A stretch of 64,000 bases of DNA from a virus. The notes beneath the pieces were generated by a model. That model saw nothing but the letters and a program-made list of their open reading frames with translations. It had not been told where the DNA came from and did not search any database. Position 1 is the stretch's first letter. Each line of letters opens with the position of its first letter. Position numbers and translations under genes: made by a program. This document shows, piece after piece, positions 60,654 through 64,000 of this stretch. The stretch lies in IMG/VR virus record IMGVR_UViG_3300044712_000340, positions 29,533-93,532 of that record; one strand, given 5' to 3'.

Positions 60654-60688
60654 AAAAAAAGGAATAAGATGATGTATCTTATTCCTTT
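60654..60688 (-). terminator. intrinsic terminator
   Basis: 13-bp stem AAAGGAATAAGAT/ATCTTATTCCTTT, T7 tract on minus strand. Confidence 0.85.
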
Positions 60689-60711
60689 AAATATAGAACC
60701 TAAATTAAATA

Positions 60712-61812
60712 TTAGGAAGCAGTTACAGTAACAGCAGTTGAAAGTTGACTAACAGTACCATTTGCTAATAAAGCATCAGCAGTTAGAACTTCTCCTGTAG
60801 CTACAGTCTGAGTAGCTGACCAAACACCTGTAGTTGCATTAGCAGTAACTGTATCAGTTACAGAACCATTAACATAAAGTCTTACAGTAGCCCCTGGAGT
60901 TGATTTACCAGTAACACTAGTAGCTCCATTAACAGCCGCATCAACTGTAGGAATTGCAGTTTCTCCAATGTCATTGAATGCTATAATATATTGCTCTGGA
61001 GCATATACATCATTGTTAGCAGTATGTACTGATTTAGCATTAGTTACATATACAAGATTGTATTTACCTGTAGGTAAAGCAACTAAAGCTCTATCATCAA
61101 ATGAGTTTGGATAACCAGCAAAACGCAAAGCATCTTGATCTCCTTGTGCAAGAAATTCTTGTTCCATTAAATATGGGCCATAACCAACACCATTAGCAGG
61201 AGCTACAGTTTGCACTCCAGCAACAGCGTAAGCTTCTGGAAGAGTTAAACCTGATTTAAACCAAGCAGGTCTTCCGTACTTTTTACCCCTTACATAAGGC
61301 AACAATTTAGTTACAATTGTAATTACATTGGTGGCAGATGTAATAGTAAAATATGATTTGTTTTCACGTGCCATAGCTGCATTGATAGAAGCAGTTAAAG
61401 CAGTAGCAATGGTAGTTGTAGTGTCCGAAGATGTAGCTACATAGTTACCATGTTTGAAATATTCCCCCTGCATTCCAGGAAGTTTCATTTCAATACGCAA
61501 CTGGTATGTTTCTCCAGCAGTAGCTGTAGAAATAGTAACAGTTTGAGTTTCAAGTGTAGGTGCTGCGTAAGCTTTTAGAGAAGCTGACCAACCTGCAAAA
61601 GTAAAAGTAGAGCTTTTCTCTACTTGTCCATCTGCTTTTCTCCAAGCAAAAAAGCCAGTACCAATACCACTAGCGTTACTTCCTACTAATGCACCAGTCT
61701 CATCAAAGAAACCAATCTCACCAATAGGTAAATTTTTCAATGTAGTTCCAGGAGCAACAGGTTCACTCTTGTTACTAACAAATACTTTTAAAGAATTCTG
61801 ATTTGAATACAT
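60712..61812 (-). CDS. auxiliary capsid protein with C-terminal Ig-like domain
   Basis: MYSNQ..VFV, EQEFLAQGDQDALRFAGYP; C-terminal PTVDAA..ATSVTGKSTPGATV; strong terminator downstream. Confidence 0.65.
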   Translation of the reverse strand: MYSNQNSLKVFVSNKSEPVAPGTTLKNLPIGEIGFFDETGALVGSNASGIGTGFFAWRKADGQVEKSSTFTFAGWSASLKAYAAPTLETQTVTISTATAGETYQLRIEMKLPGMQGEYFKHGNYVATSSDTTTTIATALTASINAAMARENKSYFTITSATNVITIVTKLLPYVRGKKYGRPAWFKSGLTLPEAYAVAGVQTVAPANGVGYGPYLMEQEFLAQGDQDALRFAGYPNSFDDRALVALPTGKYNLVYVTNAKSVHTANNDVYAPEQYIIAFNDIGETAIPTVDAAVNGATSVTGKSTPGATVRLYVNGSVTDTVTANATTGVWSATQTVATGEVLTADALLANGTVSQLSTAVTVTAS

Positions 61813-61829
61813 TTTAAAATAAAATTAAA

Positions 61830-62510
61830 TTAAACATTTTTTTCCATTACAACAGTCTTATCTCTTCTTATAGAGAGTACTGCCATATCTATTATTCTAT
61901 CTAATACTTCGTCTGTAAACTCAGTATTTAAAGGCCCTGATTCATTTTCTACTGTCAATCCTTCTGGTAATGCTTCAAGAACTATAGGTTTAATATCCTT
62001 TAAATACTTACAACTATATTGTAATAATTCTGTATTTTCAGGTATAATAAGTTCAAATAACTCACTATTTGTATTACCTGTAATAATTCTAAGAATCTCT
62101 TTGTTATTTGGCATCCTAAAAGGATTATCTAATTTATAAGGTATTGTAGCTATAGGTGTTTTAATTACCTTAACTTCTTTTAAATGATACTTTATATCAC
62201 TAGAACCTAAAACAGCTTTTTCCCAAACAATTCTATAAATATCATTAGGTACTATTATATTAATTGCTCCTGGAACCATTTTAGGTTTATTAACAGTAGC
62301 AACTGTTGGAGCAGTAATAAATTCTAAAATAAACGGTTGTAAGTATGTAGATACTACTCCATCTACCTCAAACTCATCACATAACTCTTTATATATAAGT
62401 TTCTGTGCTTCAGTTAAATATATAGATTTTTCATATTCATCTACTTCAATAGGAACTTCAAAAGCATTTAATTTTGTATCTATCCTATCACTTATTTCCG
62501 TCAGTTTCAT
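61830..62510 (-). CDS. tail ring protein
   Basis: DEYEKSIYLTEAQ, NPFRMP, KPIVLE; paralog of next gene. Confidence 0.7.
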   Translation of the reverse strand: MKLTEISDRIDTKLNAFEVPIEVDEYEKSIYLTEAQKLIYKELCDEFEVDGVVSTYLQPFILEFITAPTVATVNKPKMVPGAINIIVPNDIYRIVWEKAVLGSSDIKYHLKEVKVIKTPIATIPYKLDNPFRMPNNKEILRIITGNTNSELFELIIPENTELLQYSCKYLKDIKPIVLEALPEGLTVENESGPLNTEFTDEVLDRIIDMAVLSIRRDKTVVMEKNV

Positions 62511-63159
62511 ATTTATCGTAATAATATTGTTCAGCTAAAGTAGCTGCTAATTTTAATATATCTCTATGACATGCAATATCTAATTCAGATGTCCTAGCTG
62601 CTGTTTGTCCATCAATAGATGCTGCTGGAGTTAAAGATGCTAGATTAGTAAGTATTATAGGATTAGGTTTTCTCACATACCTTAATTTATATACTATACT
62701 ACTAGTAGTTACTTCTGGTCTACAAAATACTTCTATATTAGACTCTGTAGAAGGTGTGACTAATAGTCTCCAAGCTCTTCTTCTAGGAGGATATTTATAA
62801 GGACTTATTTGTTTTTGTTGAAATTCTATATTAGATAATGTGATTACAGTGTAATCTATATTAGTAGAAGTATCTGTTATAACTTCATTTAATACTTTAA
62901 TTATTCCATTAGTAGGTAATTTAAACAATATTCCCCAACTATACCCTGCATTTGATACTGGCACATTATCTGTATATGTATCATATAACTGTGCCAATAA
63001 AGGCACAGTATCTGTTTGACTTGCAATATTTTGTACATACAGTTCTTGTGCATGAGTTAGAATCATAGATTTCTCATACAAGTCTAAACCTGGAGCACCA
63101 TTCTTATTTATATTTTCATAAATAACATCTAATTCTGCACTAAATTCTGCTGTTGTCAT
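62488..63159 (-). CDS. tail ring protein
   Basis: MTTAEFS..D..Y, APGLDLYEKSMILTHAQ, YVRKPNPIIL, HRDIL. Confidence 0.7.
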   Translation of the reverse strand: MTTAEFSAELDVIYENINKNGAPGLDLYEKSMILTHAQELYVQNIASQTDTVPLLAQLYDTYTDNVPVSNAGYSWGILFKLPTNGIIKVLNEVITDTSTNIDYTVITLSNIEFQQKQISPYKYPPRRRAWRLLVTPSTESNIEVFCRPEVTTSSIVYKLRYVRKPNPIILTNLASLTPAASIDGQTAARTSELDIACHRDILKLAATLAEQYYYDKYETDGNK

Positions 63160-63992
63160 ATTTTACTCATTAAAAGTACTCTGTACTCTTGATTTATATT
63201 AGATTCTAAATAAGTTATAACATTTTCTAAAGATGCTACTTGATTAGGTTCTGCTAAAGCAACCATATCTTTACTATAGTATTGAGAACCTTTTTTAACT
63301 ATTTCACCTTTTGCTAAAGCTTTAAAGATTAATACCTTAGTATTGTAACTTGGATCTTTAAGTAATTGTACAAATTTCTTAGGATCTTCATTTAGTATTT
63401 TACCTACTTCAGCATTTAACCATTCTGTAGATGTGTCATCTCCTACTTTAATGTTTTTTATTCTCAAGAAATCCATTGAAGCTTCTCTATTATCTTCTAA
63501 TTTTCCAAGAAGTTTATAAGCTTCTTTCATAACATCTACTTTCTTCAATGTTTGCTTTGCCTCATCATCTTTGCGAATAATAACAAATCTATAAGTTTGT
63601 TTATCATCTATCATGTTAATATTTGGTGCTACTAAATCATCATATGATTCTAACACCCTTGATTTTATAAAGTCTTCTGGTTCATTTAAATCTAAGTAGG
63701 CTCCTTCTTTACCTATTCTTACTTTTAAACTATCCCAGTAGTTATTTTCTTTTTTATAAATACTTAAACCTCCTGTATCAAGAGATAAAAGTTTCTCTAA
63801 CCCTTCTTTTTCCTCATTTGAAAGAACGTTAGCATATTGTCCATTTCTAAGTCTTTTAGCTGGAAGTGTTATATAAGCTCCTTCCAATAAACCCCCATAA
63901 GCAATATGTCTTGTGTCTGTTACTATACCCTTCTGTTTCTTTATGTACCTAACTTCTATTTTCTCATTAGGTAATTGAAATACTCCTGCCAT
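63156..63992 (-). CDS. conserved crAss structural-block protein (normally follows major capsid gene)
   Basis: NVLSNEEK..LE, NNYW, LDLNEPEDFI, YRFVI; position at head of ring genes. Confidence 0.6.
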   Translation of the reverse strand: MAGVFQLPNEKIEVRYIKKQKGIVTDTRHIAYGGLLEGAYITLPAKRLRNGQYANVLSNEEKEGLEKLLSLDTGGLSIYKKENNYWDSLKVRIGKEGAYLDLNEPEDFIKSRVLESYDDLVAPNINMIDDKQTYRFVIIRKDDEAKQTLKKVDVMKEAYKLLGKLEDNREASMDFLRIKNIKVGDDTSTEWLNAEVGKILNEDPKKFVQLLKDPSYNTKVLIFKALAKGEIVKKGSQYYSKDMVALAEPNQVASLENVITYLESNINQEYRVLLMSKI

Positions 63993-64000
63993 TTTTTTTT

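Larger units (their letters stand above)
1..64000. mobile_element. crAss-like bacteriophage genome segment (probable Bacteroidota host)
   Basis: Giant RNA polymerase with GSDFDVDK; ring/hub/muzzle/cargo gene order as in crAss-like phages; A-rich starts without SD motifs and TAnnTTTG boxes; no host housekeeping genes. Confidence 0.92.

Noticed and set aside
1-64000. Stop-codon reassignment (TAG/TGA), common in crAss-like phages
   Set aside because: Genes up to 7.3 kb are open in code 11, coding density is high, and TAA, TGA and TAG all end genes at sensible boundaries
1-64000. tRNAs, CRISPR arrays, introns/inteins, integrase, DNA polymerase
   Set aside because: Intergenic gaps are almost all under 100 bp with no cloverleaf or repeat-spacer pattern seen; no intein or integrase motifs; polymerase, major capsid, portal and terminase presumably lie outside the window

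Overview
The whole window is one AT-rich, densely coding segment of a crAss-like (Crassvirales-type) podophage of Bacteroidota, read in the standard genetic code. All calls come from motifs and gene order; no database search was run. 1-17.7 kb (+) is a replication/early-middle block: SF2 helicase, DnaB-like helicase, Sak4-like ATPase, DnaG-like primase, 5'-3' exonuclease, resolvase-like nuclease, DNA methyltransferase and dUTPase. 17.8-28.1 kb (+) is a tail-fibre/receptor-binding module. 28.3-64 kb (-) is the crAss virion block: ejected cargo proteins including the 2451-aa virion RNA polymerase (DFDVD), muzzle, ring, hub and auxiliary capsid proteins, with ferritin and an M23 lipoprotein inserted. 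The main finding is an apparently complete phage-encoded ubiquitin-like conjugation cluster between primase and exonuclease (7358-10873): a candidate Ubl precursor (78-aa domain ending KSG), an E2-like protein, a JAB/MPN+ protease and a ThiF/E1 enzyme. Other leads: terminal-only cysteines and recurrent AxxG / GxTHxxGG motifs in the cargo proteins, and a circularly permuted Fib_succ_major domain. No tRNA, CRISPR array, intron, reverse transcriptase or DNA polymerase was recognised.
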